Part shown: one piece after another, positions 28,164-44,184 of the stretch
How positions within the stretch are numbered: position 1 is the stretch's first letter
Layout of the letters: each line of letters opens with the position of its first letter
Source: Eledone cirrhosa
Lineage: Eukaryota
Length of the DNA: 64,000 nucleotides
Assembly: GCA_964016885.1 (NCBI GenBank)
Contig: OZ024754.1
Coordinates: forward strand, 12,028,001 to 12,092,000
Direction: 5' to 3'
Position numbers and translations under genes: made by a program
Notes under the pieces: generated by a model
What the model saw: the letters and a program-made list of their open reading frames with translations, nothing else
What the model was told of the DNA's origin: nothing
Database searches by the model: none

Positions 28164-28487
28164 ATGATTCTTAACAGGATCCAGCCCGAGATGGAGAAGA
28201 AGCTCAGGGACAACCAGAACGGCTTCAGAGAGGGAAGATCAACCACCAGTCACATCCTGATGCCGAGGAAGATATTAGAGGGAGCTAGAGCAAAGTGCCT
28301 TCCTGCGGTCAAGGTTATCATTGACTTTAGGAAGGCCTTTAATTCTGTGGACCGTCACTGCCTGATGAAGAACTTACAGGCTTATGGAATCCCCAAGAAG
28401 ATAGTGGACCTGATATCACTGCTCTACACCAACACCAAAGCCCAAGTCATTACACCTGATGGGATGTCAGAGTTCTTTGAGATGCGA
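28164..28487 (+). pseudogene. LINE reverse transcriptase fragment (inverted 5' part of the same insertion)
   Basis: ILNRIQP..LRDNQNGFREGRSTTSHI..IDFRKAFNSV..YGIP..LY; classic non-LTR RT motifs. Confidence 0.85.
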
Positions 28488-28493
28488 CCTTAT

Positions 28494-28531
<38 letters not shown>

Positions 28532-29562
28532 ATGTGTGTGTGTGCGTGTGTGTGCGCGTGTGTTTGTGCGTGTGCGTATTACATATATACGCACCCCACA
28601 TACCTGTATTCACAGAAACACGCATAATGTGTATATATGCATGCATGTATGTATGCATGTATGTATGTATATATGTGTGTATATATATATGTGTATGTAA
28701 TTACTATATTCGTAGATGTGTAATGAGACTGATAATCAGTGAATGGCCGTTAGTAAAAAGTTTCTGTTCTCTTGGATATTAATTAGGAGTGAATGATTCG
28801 AACTATAACCTTAATTTCTTTTGGTTTGTCTTCATTTTAATTTATTCTATTTAAGAGAACCGTTGTTGGTCAAGTTGGTAGCATCTAAGACTACTAATCG
28901 AAGATGTAACTGTTCGTATCCATTCATTGAAGCTGTCTAGGGTGTATTCAGTTGTACTCACAGCACCATCCCAGGGCTCTAATGTGGAACTCGCATCAAC
29001 TTTGTAGAATGTCCAGTGTTCGTCTTTATTACTTTATGTCCTGAGCCAAATTATGTAAATCTCAAAATGGCTTTATTAACAAAGCTGTACATTTTAGTAT
29101 TGCACAGATCCAGTTCATCCCAGAAAGCAACGGCACTAATTTGCAATTGACGAACATTGGACAGGCAACACATTAGAGAACTGTTTCCACATCTGGGATG
29201 GTGCTGTTAGTACAGCCAAAGACATCTTAGACAACTTCATAAAAAAATGTCCCTTTGACTAAATGAAGTGAAATCTCTCACAAATAAAATCCAAATTCAG
29301 GCCCACAGACGTGTTGTCTCCTCTTGCTGCTATTACAATGGTCCCTTCTTACCATAGTTGGCTGGTTACATGCTAATTCCACAAATCTCTCACAAATACA
29401 GTCCAAACTCAGGCCCACAGATTTTGGTTGGTTTCATGTTTCCTCGACTCAGGCATTCTCGACTTATTCGTCTGTCCTTTCCTCATCACATAGTCACACA
29501 AAATATACCAAACAACTCTGACTCCACACTAATACACTAATAATTACATCTAGTTCTCTCTT

Positions 29563-29665
29563 CTAAGAATGTCTTTTTCTTCTGCCCATGTCTTTTTCGC
29601 AGTCGCCGACTTGCTGCAGTTTACGTTCAAAGTTAACATCATCTACTTCACCAGTATCAGAAGCC
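29563..29665 (-). CDS. Candidate terminal coding exon of a host gene (ASDTGEVDDVNFERKLQQVGDCEKDMGRRKRHS*)
   Basis: Strong acceptor cctttcttctcAG, coding-like composition, TAG stop, AATAAA downstream on minus strand at ~29072; no homology recognised. Confidence 0.4.
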
Positions 29666-29915
29666 CTGAGAAGAAAGGCCATAGTAATTCTGACAGTCGC
29701 TCGCAGTAATATTTACAACAGGGCTAGTGTATTACTGTACGGAGAATTGGCGGAGTCGTTAGATCGTAGAATAGAATGCTTTGCAGTATTCAGTCAGGAT
29801 CTCTGAGTTCAAATTCTGCCCGCATCATCTTGTCATCCTTGCTTTTAATTCTTTAAAGTTCGATGACAAAGTAAGAGCCCAGTACTGGTGTCAAGTCTTT
29901 CACACATTATCTCTC

Positions 29916-30115
29916 NNNNNNNNNNNNNNNNNNNNNNNNNNNNNNNNNNNNNNNNNNNNNNNNNNNNNNNNNNNNNNNNNNNNNNNNNNNNNNNNNNNNN
30001 NNNNNNNNNNNNNNNNNNNNNNNNNNNNNNNNNNNNNNNNNNNNNNNNNNNNNNNNNNNNNNNNNNNNNNNNNNNNNNNNNNNNNNNNNNNNNNNNNNNN
30101 NNNNNNNNNNNNNNN
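29916..30115. other. Assembly gap (200 N)
   Basis: Run of N. Confidence 1.
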
Positions 30116-30347
30116 CCCCCCTTACCAAGAGATGCCCGGGGTCAACGCACCGTCAACCTCCCCCCCTTTGCCCGCTACTGAGCATGTATATTTAGAACAC
30201 GTTCCCTCTGCAAAGCTTCGGAAATGTAAGCTAAAGAAAAAGCCATGAATTATCTGATGGTGTAAACTATTGATGACGTTCAGATGGCTGAATTTATTCG
30301 ATTAAGGGTCGACTGGGGATAGGCAGAAACAACGATGTTTTATAAGA

Positions 30348-30810
30348 TAATTGTTTCTACTTTTGGCACAAGGCCAGCAATTATCCCAGTGTATTACTGG
30401 TACTTTATTTTATCGACCCCGTAAGGATGAAAGGCAAAGTTAACCTCGGCGGGATTTGAACTCAGTCCGTAAAGGGACGTAACTGTGCTGCAAAGCATGG
30501 CGTCCGACCCTCTACCGATACTGCCAATCCACCGAAGATAATGTTGAAACAATGAGCGAATTTCTACATGGTCACTCGATCTACTAGATATAGCAGCCAA
30601 CGGAGGTCGAACAATGTGTGTGTGGGATAATTGTTTCTACTTTAGGCACAAGGCCAGCAATTACCCAGTGCATTACTGGTACTTTATTTTATCGACCCCG
30701 TAAGGATGAAAGGCAAAGTCAACCTCGGCAGGATTTGAACTCAGATCGTAAAGTGACGTAATTATGCTGGAAAGCATGGGGTCCGACCCTCTACCGATAC
30801 TGCCAATCCA
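30348..30810 (-). mobile_element. Two SINE family 1 copies (30348-30535, 30627-30810)
   Basis: Minus strand: ggattggcagtatcggtag (A box) .. gagttcaaatcc (B box) .. gcctttcatccttacggggtcgataaa. Confidence 0.85.
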
Positions 30811-31099
30811 ATGTAGTGTAGATATAGCAAGACAGGCGTGGGTAGTAGCAGACGACTTGCCCAAAATACTAAAGCGGTCTGTCAGAAAATGACGTCAGCA
30901 CTTGTAAAGTTTTAAATAGATTCTGACAATGATATGTTTAGTTGTAGAACTGCATAGGGTGGGGATCGGCTATATGGTGGTGTTGTGAAGCAGGTAGATG
31001 TGCAGATGGAGTGGGTAGGTAGTGGGTAGCTGAGTGCACATGCGTGCCGTGTGTGTCTATGTTTATATATATATATATATATATATACATATCGAATGT

Positions 31100-31143
<44 letters not shown>

Positions 31144-31156
31144 ACATTCGATATAA

Positions 31157-31199
<43 letters not shown>

Positions 31200-31244
31200 A
31201 ATATGATAATAATGGAGCTGCGGCGTTGCAAATGGGATACATAT

Positions 31245-31630
31245 GAAAAAGTGAGTCCTTCATCAGTGACCCTCCAACCGTCCTGGGCATTTCATCGCTT
31301 TAAGGGCCATATGCCTCGGGTGGTGCGAACAACGGCTAAAAAAAGTCGTTGGGACACGTAAATAAAGGGGGACGCCAGAGTAACAACAAAAAAGTTTTAG
31401 CAACGGAAAGTGAGTAGAAATAGACAAGTCCCAGATCTCTATGAATATAAACTCTGTGAAATCGTGAACAAGAGACAAAAGACCATCAAACCTGGTTGAA
31501 ATGTGAGCAAGGAAAGAATTTCGCCCAAGTTTGACGGGGGGGGGGGGAAGAGAGAGAGAAGAGGAAGAAGAAGAAGAAGAAGAAGAAGAAGAAGAAGAAG
31601 AAGATAAAGGGGTCTGTTCTACGAATTCAG

Positions 31631-31662
<32 letters not shown>

Positions 31663-31850
31663 ACTCTTTCTTCCTCACTTTTCGTTGCTTCACCATCTTT
31701 ATTTGTTTACACTCTCGTGCCCCCCTTTATTTACGTGTCCCAACGACTTTTTTTGGCTGTTGCTCGCACCAACCGGAAATATATGGTCTTTAAAGCGATG
31801 AAATACCAATGATGGTTGGAAGATCACTGATGAAGGACTAACTTTATTCA
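31245..31850. mobile_element. Two inverted copies of a pLTR-like dispersed repeat (31245-31520 -, 31660-31850 +)
   Basis: Share gtcccaacgacttttttt..taaagcgatgaaat..cactgatgaaggact with 26150-26235 and 56833-57772. Confidence 0.7.
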
Positions 31851-31880
31851 TATATATATATATATACCTTTCTACATTCG

Positions 31881-32915
<1,035 letters not shown>

Positions 32916-32925
32916 TATATATATA

Positions 32926-32974
<49 letters not shown>

Positions 32975-32978
<4 letters not shown>

Positions 32979-33342
32979 GGTTATGCACGAGTGCATTAAT
33001 GTTTTCCAGGACACAGTGTTATGTACCGTGTAGTGGAATGTCAGCTTACAACAGAGTGGTGCTCAACGAAATGCCAGAAAAAAGGTGTATATTTCCAGTT
33101 TAGCTATATTCCGGGGCGTGTATAAAGAATTAAAAAGAACAGAAAGATGCAGTAAAAGAGATTTATTCGGTTCTTACGTACGTTTCAATAGACATCAATT
33201 TGCCTAGATCTAAATTTATAATTTGCCTAAATATATAATATTATAGATGTAGCGAGATCTAGGCAAATTGATGTCTATTGAAACGTACGTAAGAACCGAA
33301 TAAATCTCTTTTTACTGCATCTTTCTGTTCTTTTTAATTCTT

Positions 33343-33345
<3 letters not shown>
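32975..33345. mobile_element. Fold-back element with 3' half of HHR (GAAAC-gtac-GTA)
   Basis: Arms 33121-33211 / 33256-33345; left tail. Confidence 0.7.
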
Positions 33346-33378
<33 letters not shown>

Positions 33379-33453
33379 TACATATACATATATACATATA
33401 TACATATATATACATATATATATATATATACATATATATACATATATATATAC

Positions 33454-33491
<38 letters not shown>

Positions 33492-33625
33492 TATATATAT
33501 ATAAACGGAAGAAATGAACTCTCTCTCTCTCTCTCACACACATACACACCTAACACATACACATACACATACACACCTAACACATACACACACACACATA
33601 CACACACACACTCACACACACATAC

Positions 33626-33663
<38 letters not shown>

Positions 33664-33691
33664 CCACTCACACATACTCACACCCACACAA

Positions 33692-33737
<46 letters not shown>

Positions 33738-33900
33738 TACCCACCTAACACACACATACACATACACATACACACACACACTCACACACACTCACACACT
33801 CACACTCTCTCTCTCACACACACTCACACATACACACACACACCTAACCACATACACACATACACACACACACATACACACGCAAATATATATATATGTA

Positions 33901-34203
<303 letters not shown>

Positions 34204-34367
34204 GATATATGTATATACACACACACACATATATATATACTGTATATGTATTTATATATATATGTATATATACACACACACACACACATATATATATATC
34301 AGTGCCGTAGGCGAGCTTATATCATTAAGTCTATGTTAAGGTATGTCAATATCTTAACACTAAATAT

Positions 34368-34425
34368 ATTTTATCTGATGAAAGCACACTAAAATTTTGT
34401 GTCCTTGAAATACGTATAATAAAAT
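34368..34425 (+). ncRNA. Hammerhead ribozyme motif
   Basis: attttat-CTGATGA-aagcacac..gtgtcctt-GAAA-TACGTA-ta-ataaaat. Confidence 0.65.
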
Positions 34426-34466
34426 AAATATGCTATGATAAAGATATTTTCCATTTATTAATATTG

Positions 34467-34526
<60 letters not shown>

Positions 34527-34638
34527 ACGAAGGAAATGTGGTAAGGAACCAGGTGGACCATAACGCACCAAAGTACTCAATACTTAGGGTAGTAGAATGG
34601 GTAATAGGAACGAGTAGGACCCCGGGGTCCTACTCGTT

Positions 34639-34688
<50 letters not shown>

Positions 34689-34690
<2 letters not shown>

Positions 34691-35065
34691 TCAGATGTGG
34701 ATGGGTGCTACACGAGAATGCTGAGGATGGCTCTGAACATTAATCAGTATACAATGAGGATGAAAAACCTAGAGCTGTACGGGAGCATCCCAAAAGTCAG
34801 CTCAAAAGTGACACAGAGGAGACTGAGGTTAGCTGGACATGCTCACCGACATCCAGAGTTGACATTGCACTCAGTGCTCCTTTGGGAGCCCCTACATGGA
34901 CACACTAGAAGAGGAAGACCAAGGTTAACGTATGTTGATGCCCTAAGGACAGACACTGGTCTGTTGGAGACGCAGGACATGGCAGCGATAATGAGGGACA
35001 GAGACCGCTGGAGAGAACTCGTCCATGGATCTCCGGAATTTTACCCGCCTTAGAATAGAATAGAA
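34689..35065 (+). mobile_element. RTE-like LINE 3' end with (TAGAA)n tail
   Basis: DGCYTRMLRMALNI..RRGRPRLTYVD..DRDRWR, stop at 35053, then tagaatagaatagaa. Confidence 0.85.
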
Positions 35066-35077
35066 TATATATACATA

Positions 35078-35370
35078 TGAAGTATTTCCGTAGGAAACGT
35101 AAAGGAAAAGAGAGTGCTCTATGTAGGTTACAGAGCTTTTTACTTATGTAATAAACAACATAAGATAATTATTTCATTTACCAGTGGTTTCTTGAGGTCA
35201 GATATTTATATCTGTCTTCCTGATGACTGAAGACAGATATAAATACCTGTCCTCCAGAAACCACTGGTAAATGAAAATAATTATCTTATGTTGTTTATTA
35301 CATAACTAAAAAGCTCTGTAACCTACATAGAGCACTCTCTTTTCCTTTACGTTTTCTACGGAAATACTTA

Positions 35371-35372
<2 letters not shown>
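35078..35372. repeat. Fold-back inverted repeat, ~140-bp arms
   Basis: aagtatttccgtag..tatatctgtcttc / gaagacagatata..ctacggaaatactt; related to 43395-43520. Confidence 0.85.
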
Positions 35373-35423
<51 letters not shown>

Positions 35424-35542
35424 GATATTTTAGTACAGCATCAACGAAGCTTTTGGCAGCAGCCAAGCTAACGAATGCAGATTCGGTGTGCAGCTAAGCA
35501 CTCAATGGTGGATATTACCCCAGAGTTATAACATTACGTTTA

Positions 35543-35580
<38 letters not shown>

Positions 35581-35686
35581 TAAGTTTATCCCGGGTTCAA
35601 TCAGGGGTAACCACAGTAAGTAAGGTACTCAACAGGGCTTCCTGATGATTTCTCCCGAATGAAACAGTTCTAGTCCTGAAGAAGCC

Positions 35687-35808
<122 letters not shown>

Positions 35809-35809
35809 T

Positions 35810-36224
35810 GTAAAGTTATATTTAAATTGTTGGGTTACAACTAGTAAATATTTATAACTGATATAAAAGCACTCAACAAGTATTTGGAGTATATTTACGA
35901 TATTAAATAAATGGAAACTATATTTATAAAACCATATTTATTTCATTATATATATTTCAGGGATATCATATTAACAATGTGTTATGCCTTCTTCAGACAA
36001 AATACAATATAGACAGTTTTATAGATAAATAGATTTGACATACCGTTCAACATCGACTTGTATTTGAAAAAGTTGATTTGGCAGTCAAATCTATTTATCT
36101 ATAAAACTGTCTATATTGTATTTTGTCTGAAGAAGGCATAACATATTGTTAATATGATATCCCTGAAATATATATAATGAAATAAATATGGTTTTATAAA
36201 TATAGTTTCCATTTATTTAATATC

Positions 36225-36225
<1 letters not shown>
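35810..36225. mobile_element. Fold-back pLTR element with HHR (36120-36182 +)
   Basis: Arms ~35897-36040 / 36083-36225; CTGAAGA-aggcataacatatt..aatatgatatccct-GAAA-tatata; same family as 53269-53740. Confidence 0.8.
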
Positions 36226-36286
<61 letters not shown>

Positions 36287-36288
<2 letters not shown>

Positions 36289-36647
36289 AGGGCGGGTAAC
36301 ATTCGCGAGATCCATGGACGAGTTCTCTCCAGCGGTCTCTGTCCCTCTCATTATCGCTGCCATGTCCTGCGTCTCCAACAGATCAGTGTCTGTCCGTAGG
36401 GCATCAACATACGTTAACCCTGGTCTTCCTCTTCCAGTGTGTCCATGTAGGGGCCCCCACAAGAGTGCAATGTCAACTCTGGATGTCGGTGAGCATGTCC
36501 AGCTAACCTCAGTCTCCTCTGTGTCACTTTTGAGCTAACTTTTGGGATGCTCCCGTACAGCTCTGAGTTTTTCACCCTCAGTGTATACTGATTAATGTTC
36601 AGAGCCATTCTCAGCATTCTCGTGTAGCACCCATCCACCATCTCAGT
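36287..36647 (-). mobile_element. RTE-like LINE 3' end
   Basis: Reverse complement homologue of 34689-35053. Confidence 0.85.
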
Positions 36648-36853
36648 GTATATATATGTGTATACATTAATATTTGTATGACGCACGCATCCACATATAT
36701 CTACTTGAAAGGAGGTGACACGAGAGGGTGTGGTAGTTAAGGATTTTACTATTACTGTCTATCTCATATAAATTAACAGAAATGTGTTAAGACATTACAT
36801 ACTTCCAGCTTGTAATGAACAGTATCATGTTTTGGGTAGCACAATATAAACAA

Positions 36854-36991
<138 letters not shown>

Positions 36992-37061
36992 AATACTATA
37001 TTAAGGTATCATAAAATAATATGTATCATGATTATATTTCTCAACATAATCATCATACATA

Positions 37062-37098
<37 letters not shown>

Positions 37099-37099
<1 letters not shown>

Positions 37100-37660
37100 T
37101 GTAGGTGGTGAGTTTTATTGTAGCACAATAAAGCAATGCAAATATCGGATAAGTAGCACTCAACAGTTTATAGGACTGGAGTATAAATAATATAAAATCA
37201 AAAGATGGTTAAAAGAGTTCCATGTATTTTATTGTGCGCATTTCAAAAACAAATATCATCATGGGATGATATTTGCGTTCTCATCAGATAAAATAGGGAG
37301 ACATGATATGAAGCTTCAAAAACATTTGCGAGCAGTGAAGTGTTAAATCAATATGTTGATTTAACACTTCACTGATTTAACACTGATTTAACACTTCACT
37401 GATTTAACACTGATTTAACACTTCACTGATTTAACACCGATTTAACACTTACATGTATTTTTTTTATGCGCATTTCAAAAACAAAAATCAACATGTTGAT
37501 TTAACACTTCACTGCTCGCAAATGTTTTTTAAGCTTCATATCATGTCTCCCTATTTTATCTGATGAGAGCGCAAATATCATCCCATGAAAATATTTGTTT
37601 TTGAAATGTGCATAATAGAATACACGGAACTCTTTTAACCATGTTTTGATTTTATATTAT
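37099..37660. mobile_element. Fold-back pLTR element with HHR (~37554-37620 +)
   Basis: Same family as 32427-32915; centre filled with short tgatttaacac repeats. Confidence 0.8.
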
Positions 37661-37877
37661 ATATATATATACATATATATATATATAAATGGAAAAGAAT
37701 GAAACGAAATTTTATTTCTCACTCTTAGTACGGCTGATACTTAAATATAAGTATGTATACGTACATACATATATGTATACAGACCTACAGTAGTATGTAT
37801 ATACATACATGCACATATATATATATATGTACGTATGGGTTTACCGAACATTTATTATTGTTTGTTTGTATATATAT

Positions 37878-37908
<31 letters not shown>

Positions 37909-37958
37909 CACACACTCACACACACACATATATATATATAAATATATATACACATACG

Positions 37959-37990
<32 letters not shown>

Positions 37991-38237
37991 CATACATACA
38001 AGAATAAAGGAACAAAGTATCAGTGTTGCATCATAATGTGCACAAAATCAGAGACGAGCTTACATACTGTGGCATATCTGAGGATCTTTCGATTCCAGAG
38101 TCACGTTCGATCAATAATAGATCGATCCTCGAGTTGATCGACAGTGAAACATAAGTAATTTGTTATAAATATGTTATATGCAACACTGATTCTTTGTTCC
38201 TTTATTCTTATACACGCCTACGGACGCAATTACCTTG

Positions 38238-38296
<59 letters not shown>

Positions 38297-38325
38297 TAAT
38301 CTTGCGAACAAATATCGTCCGCACC

Positions 38326-38386
<61 letters not shown>

Positions 38387-38691
38387 CAGTACATTGGACC
38401 TTTCCGCCCCTGCCTTCTCTCTTTACACACGGCATTAGACAAAATTGTTTCTTCATCATACACTCTCATCCGGGAACAGTTCTGTATGGCGCCAGTTCGT
38501 GATTTGAACTCGGGAATTTTATATTCTGCGAGTGAGAAGAACCCTCTGACGAAAGTCTTCTCCTCAATGAATTTCCGCATGGATTATCCATTTATTTTGA
38601 GGCTTGAAACCGGGCGGTAATGGTAATTATAGCAGGTTCAGTGAACTTTTAAAAATTTATTTTAAAACTTTTTCTTATTTGCTATACCTTG

Positions 38692-38748
<57 letters not shown>

Positions 38749-38753
<5 letters not shown>

Positions 38754-38938
38754 AAGGAACTTCTACAGGACTAGTACTGTTTCATTCAGATGAAATCTTC
38801 AGAGCTTCCTGAAGATTTCATCTGAATGAAACAGTACTAGTCCTGTAGAAGCTCCTTCTATAAAATAAAAAATTTTACTCTGCCATGTATTGAGTACCTT
38901 ACTAACTGTGGTTATCGCCGACTCAACCCGGGACCTAC

Positions 38939-38940
<2 letters not shown>
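38749..38940 (+). mobile_element. Short fold-back with HHR-like core and tail
   Basis: agcttc-CTGAAGA-tttca-tc-tgaat-GAAAC-agtacta-GTC; related pieces at 35580-35690, 40140-40205, 43647-43760. Confidence 0.6.
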
Positions 38941-38995
<55 letters not shown>

Positions 38996-39240
38996 TATAT
39001 ATATATATACACACATATATATATATATATATATAGTTTGGGAAACATTTTATCCTGTGATCTTTCTTTTCTTACTCTCGTCTATCTTTCTATTTCTTCT
39101 TCTACCTCTTATTCTGTCTTCCAATGAAGGATCAAGGTCCGAAACGTTAAGTCTGTTTTTCTTCTAATATTTGTCTTCCTTGTACTGTATTGTTCACCCA
39201 TCTTGTTTCTCCCTATTGGCGTCACACACACACACGCACG

Positions 39241-39331
<91 letters not shown>

Positions 39332-39386
39332 ACATGCTTTCCTCTTATTTATAAGTACACCTTATCCAGCAACTACACATCCCCTG

Positions 39387-39493
<107 letters not shown>

Positions 39494-39524
39494 TCTCTCT
39501 CTCTATATACATATATATATATAT

Positions 39525-39619
<95 letters not shown>

Positions 39620-39947
39620 ATAAATGTAATAAATGACTGATATGTTTCAGAAAGCCTGTACAATTTCGTGGAAATATATAAAAGGCAAAGAATGAAAAAT
39701 TTTGCCCAGAATATTTCAATATGGTATTTCAGGGAAAAACACATCAATCGTACGTTTTTGTTTTGAACCGTTTTCATTTGAAAAGAGGGTTTAAGCCCCG
39801 AAATAGCACGTTGAAATATTCTGGGTTAAACATTACTTTGTTTTGTTTTACTTGTCATCGTTTGCCCTTTATATATTTCTACAGCATTGTATCAGCTTTC
39901 TGAAACTTATCAATCATATATTGCATATCTCACAAAGCTTTGTATTA

Positions 39948-40019
<72 letters not shown>

Positions 40020-40026
40020 GCTGCTG

Positions 40027-40076
<50 letters not shown>

Positions 40077-40107
40077 GCTGCTACTACTACTACTACTACT
40101 ACTACTA
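39948..40107. repeat. (ACT)n microsatellite
   Basis: Directly visible. Confidence 0.95.
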
Positions 40108-40227
40108 CACATATATATATTTGTGTGTGTGTGTTTGTGTCCTGAGTTCAATCGCGGGTAACCACAGTTCTAGTCCTGTAGAAGACATTTCTATATTAAA
40201 TATTGTATATATATATATATATATATA

Positions 40228-40426
40228 GAGGAACGAGTGGGACCCCGACGGCTGAGCTCAAGCCGTTTCGACGGCTAATTCTAGACATTAGTCCAGAATT
40301 AGCCGTCGAAACGGCTTGAGCTCAGCCGTCGGGGTCCCACTCGTTCCTATTACCCACTCTACTACCCTAAGTATTGAGTACTTTGGTGCGTTATGGTCCA
40401 TCTGGTTCCTTACCACATTTCCTTCG

Positions 40427-40475
<49 letters not shown>

Positions 40476-40530
40476 GTCCAGAATTAGCCGTCGAAACGGC
40501 TTTAGCTCAGCCGTCGGGGTCCCACTCGTT

Positions 40531-40533
<3 letters not shown>
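40228..40533 (+). mobile_element. Fold-back plus repeat copies carrying the 3' half of an HHR (GAAACGGCT-tgagctc-AGCCGTC)
   Basis: Arms 40228-40286 / 40291-40348; further copies at 40475, 45466, 45553; tail copies at 34525-34640 and 61545-61680. Confidence 0.7.
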
Positions 40534-40611
<78 letters not shown>

Positions 40612-40717
40612 TTATATATATATATTTATATATATATACATACATACATACACATATATATATATATAATATATATATATATTTATATATATACATACAT
40701 ACATACAATCATACATA

Positions 40718-40793
<76 letters not shown>

Positions 40794-41519
40794 AATTTTC
40801 TTTCAGTTTAAATGTAAATAGACCGATAATTCAATATCACTGGCGATACTTGAACGGATAATAACCACGGTTGATATTAAAGAAGTAAGAAACATTTTCT
40901 GTTCTGAACTCAAGCTGTGACATAATGCAATTCAAGCTGTGAATAACATCAACAGAACACTCAGGAAAAAAAACTACTACAGTACCAACTGTTCAGTGTT
41001 GGTTTACTTAGTTTATATCTGGTAATATGGATGCTAGGGCAGCGGATTGGCAAGGGGTTATGACAGACGTCTCCTAGAATTCTCCCTGGCATTCATTTCT
41101 GCTCTCTACGTTCTGAATTCAAATCTCTCCGAGGTCAACTTTGCTCTTTAAAGTTGATAAATAAAGTATCAGTCAAGCAATAGGGTTGATTCTTCCTCTA
41201 TATTGCTGTCTTACTTAGCCTCTCTCACTGTCTCTTTCCTATTATTTTCTCTGGACGAAATCGGCTGTGTTCAGACCTTGAAATGGGAAGGGTTCTGCCA
41301 GTCCTATTTGTTAGGATGAAAGGAAAAGTAGATGTTTGTGGTATTTCAAAACAAAAAAACGCAGAGAGCCGGAACGAATACTGCGAAACATTCTATCTAA
41401 CATTTTAACGGCTTTACTAATTCAACGTTGCAGTCGTAGTGTCAACAAATTATTGAAAAGCCCCCCCCCCCCGCCATTAACCCTCAAATAGCCTTGGTCA
41501 GTACACACAGTTCAACATT

Positions 41520-41810
41520 GTTCTATAACTATGCCAGGTCCCACACCTCTTTGAAGACTATGTGTAGACTTCGAAAACTGGGATATAAAGTTCTTCATAA
41601 TTTTCCTTATTCTGTCGGTTTCTCCTGTATATTATCACCTATTCAACCATTTTCAGCTTCATATCCGTTATAGAATATTTAACAGTAGAGAAGATATCAA
41701 TTCATGTATAAAATTTGTGACAAGTAAGCCTAAAGATTTCTCTAGGATTGGGATCTTTTCATTAGATAATCGCTGGAAAAGGGTTATTGCTTCAAGTAAA
41801 TCATATTTGC
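41520..41810 (+). pseudogene. Mariner transposase C-terminal relic
   Basis: NYARSHTSLKT..LRKLGYKVLHNFPYS (cf. HDNARPH..LG.EVL.HPPYSPDL), YHLFNHFQ, SKPKDF..GI..L..RWKRVI; frameshifted. Confidence 0.75.
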
Positions 41811-41876
41811 TTGGTTTTGTGGATATCACTCTTCATCATAAAAAGAAAACAAACGAAATTCAATGTGTAACAACCT

Positions 41877-41941
<65 letters not shown>

Positions 41942-42263
41942 GCAGAGGTTATATTTAATTTGTTGGGATTCAACAAGCTTAAACATTTTTATAACTGATA
42001 TAAAGCACTCAACAAGTTAGTGGAGTAAATTCACAATATATTAATAAATGGAAACTATATTTATAAAACCATATTTATTTTAAGGGCGACCAAAGTAAAT
42101 TATCCAGCGAATTTCAACCGTTGAGGTTGTCTTTTTTCCGGGCATGTCAATATTTATTTATAAAACAAATCTGTATTTTATCTGATGAAAGCGCACCATA
42201 ATTTACCTTGGTCGCCCTTAAAATAAATATGGTTTTATAAATATAGTTTCCATTTATTAATAT

Positions 42264-42304
<41 letters not shown>

Positions 42305-43515
42305 AAAAAATACACATACATACATACATAAATACACACGCTCACACACACATACACACACACAGACACACACACACACACACACATACACACACACACA
42401 GACACACACATATATATATATATAAGGGTATGTGTGTGCACATTTGCAAGTATAGTTTTGGTCTGTTTTGTTTCCCGAACAAAATCCCAAATGTGCTCAA
42501 TACTTACCTATGTTTGAAATGTGCAGAGTCAGCTATAATTGTACATATCTCATTTCATCTTATAAAGAGACAAATAGGCAGAGTCGTCGTTAGAACATCG
42601 GATAGAATGCTTTGATATTCGTTCCGGCTCCCTGTTGAGGATAAGTTTGCCTTTCATCCTTTCGTTGTCAATAAATAAAAAGTACCAGTTCAGTACTGAG
42701 GTCGACTCTTCTATATTACCTTCTCACTCCTCTCTCTCTGAAAAAATCGACTCTGTTCAGATCTGGGTTGGGGGATGGGCTCCATCAGGTTTATGACACT
42801 CAACACACGTTGTATGCCAGTACAGTGTCACTACAACTTCACAGGTATCTACCTGTCCATATATATATATACATATATACATACTATCATATATATTCTG
42901 TATTCTTCCCTAGCTTGAAGCTGAAACTCATATCAATCCTTGTGACTTTCTGAAAGCTAATCCCAGCTTTGAGAAAATCTAACAGATTGAAAAGGATTTA
43001 TTTATAAAGTAGGAAACTAGTCGAGAATAAAAAAAACAAAAGAACTTTTAGCTCTACTTCCCGAATGGTTGGGAGTTCTATTTAGCGCGACTGCATTCCA
43101 ACGAACACACCAGGGATTCGGAAATGGATGGAAGCGCGGATGTTTCATCACAGCCTCCTCTCTCTCTCTCTGTATATATCTGTATATATCTGTATATATC
43201 AAAATATATGTTTTATTATATATATTTCGGAGGTACTGTGCTGTTTTTTCAGTACATCCTCATCAGAAAAAAAAAAAAAAAATTGATGTATGACATACCT
43301 CACCTGTGCTGATTGTTCAATTCCAGTCTTTGCAGTCAAGACTGGAATTGAACCATCAGCACAGTTGAGGTATGTCATACATATATATATATATAGTTAG
43401 GTAATAAACAACATTGGTAAATGGAATAATTGTCTTATGTGTTTATTACATAACTAAATAGCTCTGTAGCCTACATAGAGCATTCTCCCTTCCTTTACCT
43501 TTCCTACGGAAACAC

Positions 43516-43647
<132 letters not shown>

Positions 43648-43769
43648 ATGAAACAGTTCTAGTCCTGTAGAGCCATTTCTATATTAAATATTTATACTCT
43701 GCTATGTATTGAGTACCTTACTTACAGTGGGTACCCCCGATTGAACCCGGGATAAATATATATATATAA

Positions 43770-44184
43770 CCAAATGTTAAACAAGGTTCATTGATATTCA
43801 ATGAATATAGTTTTACAATAGATTAAAAGCACTCAACAAAGAAGTTTTCTGGAGTTATTAATATTATTCACAATATTAATAAATGGATACATTCACATAA
43901 TCAAAATATATGTTTTATTATATATATTTCGGAGGTACTGTGCTGTTTTTTCAGTACATCCTCATCAGAAAAAAAAAAAGAAAAATTGATGTATGACATA
44001 CCTCACCTGTGCTGATTGTTCAATTCCAGTCTTTGCAGTCAAGACTGGAATTGAACCATCAGCACAGTTGAGGTATGTCATACATCAATTTATGTATTTT
44101 TTCTGATGAGGACAGTACATCCGAAATATATATAATAAAACATATATTTTGATTATGTGAATGTATCCATTTATTAATATTTTG

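Noticed and set aside
29781-30248. ORFs spanning X runs
   Set aside because: Artefacts of the 200-N assembly gap.
42175-42235. Hammerhead at CTGATGA 42182
   Set aside because: The GAAA/stem III segment is deleted in both arms; inactive relic. The motif at ~25245-25270 (-) is likewise truncated.
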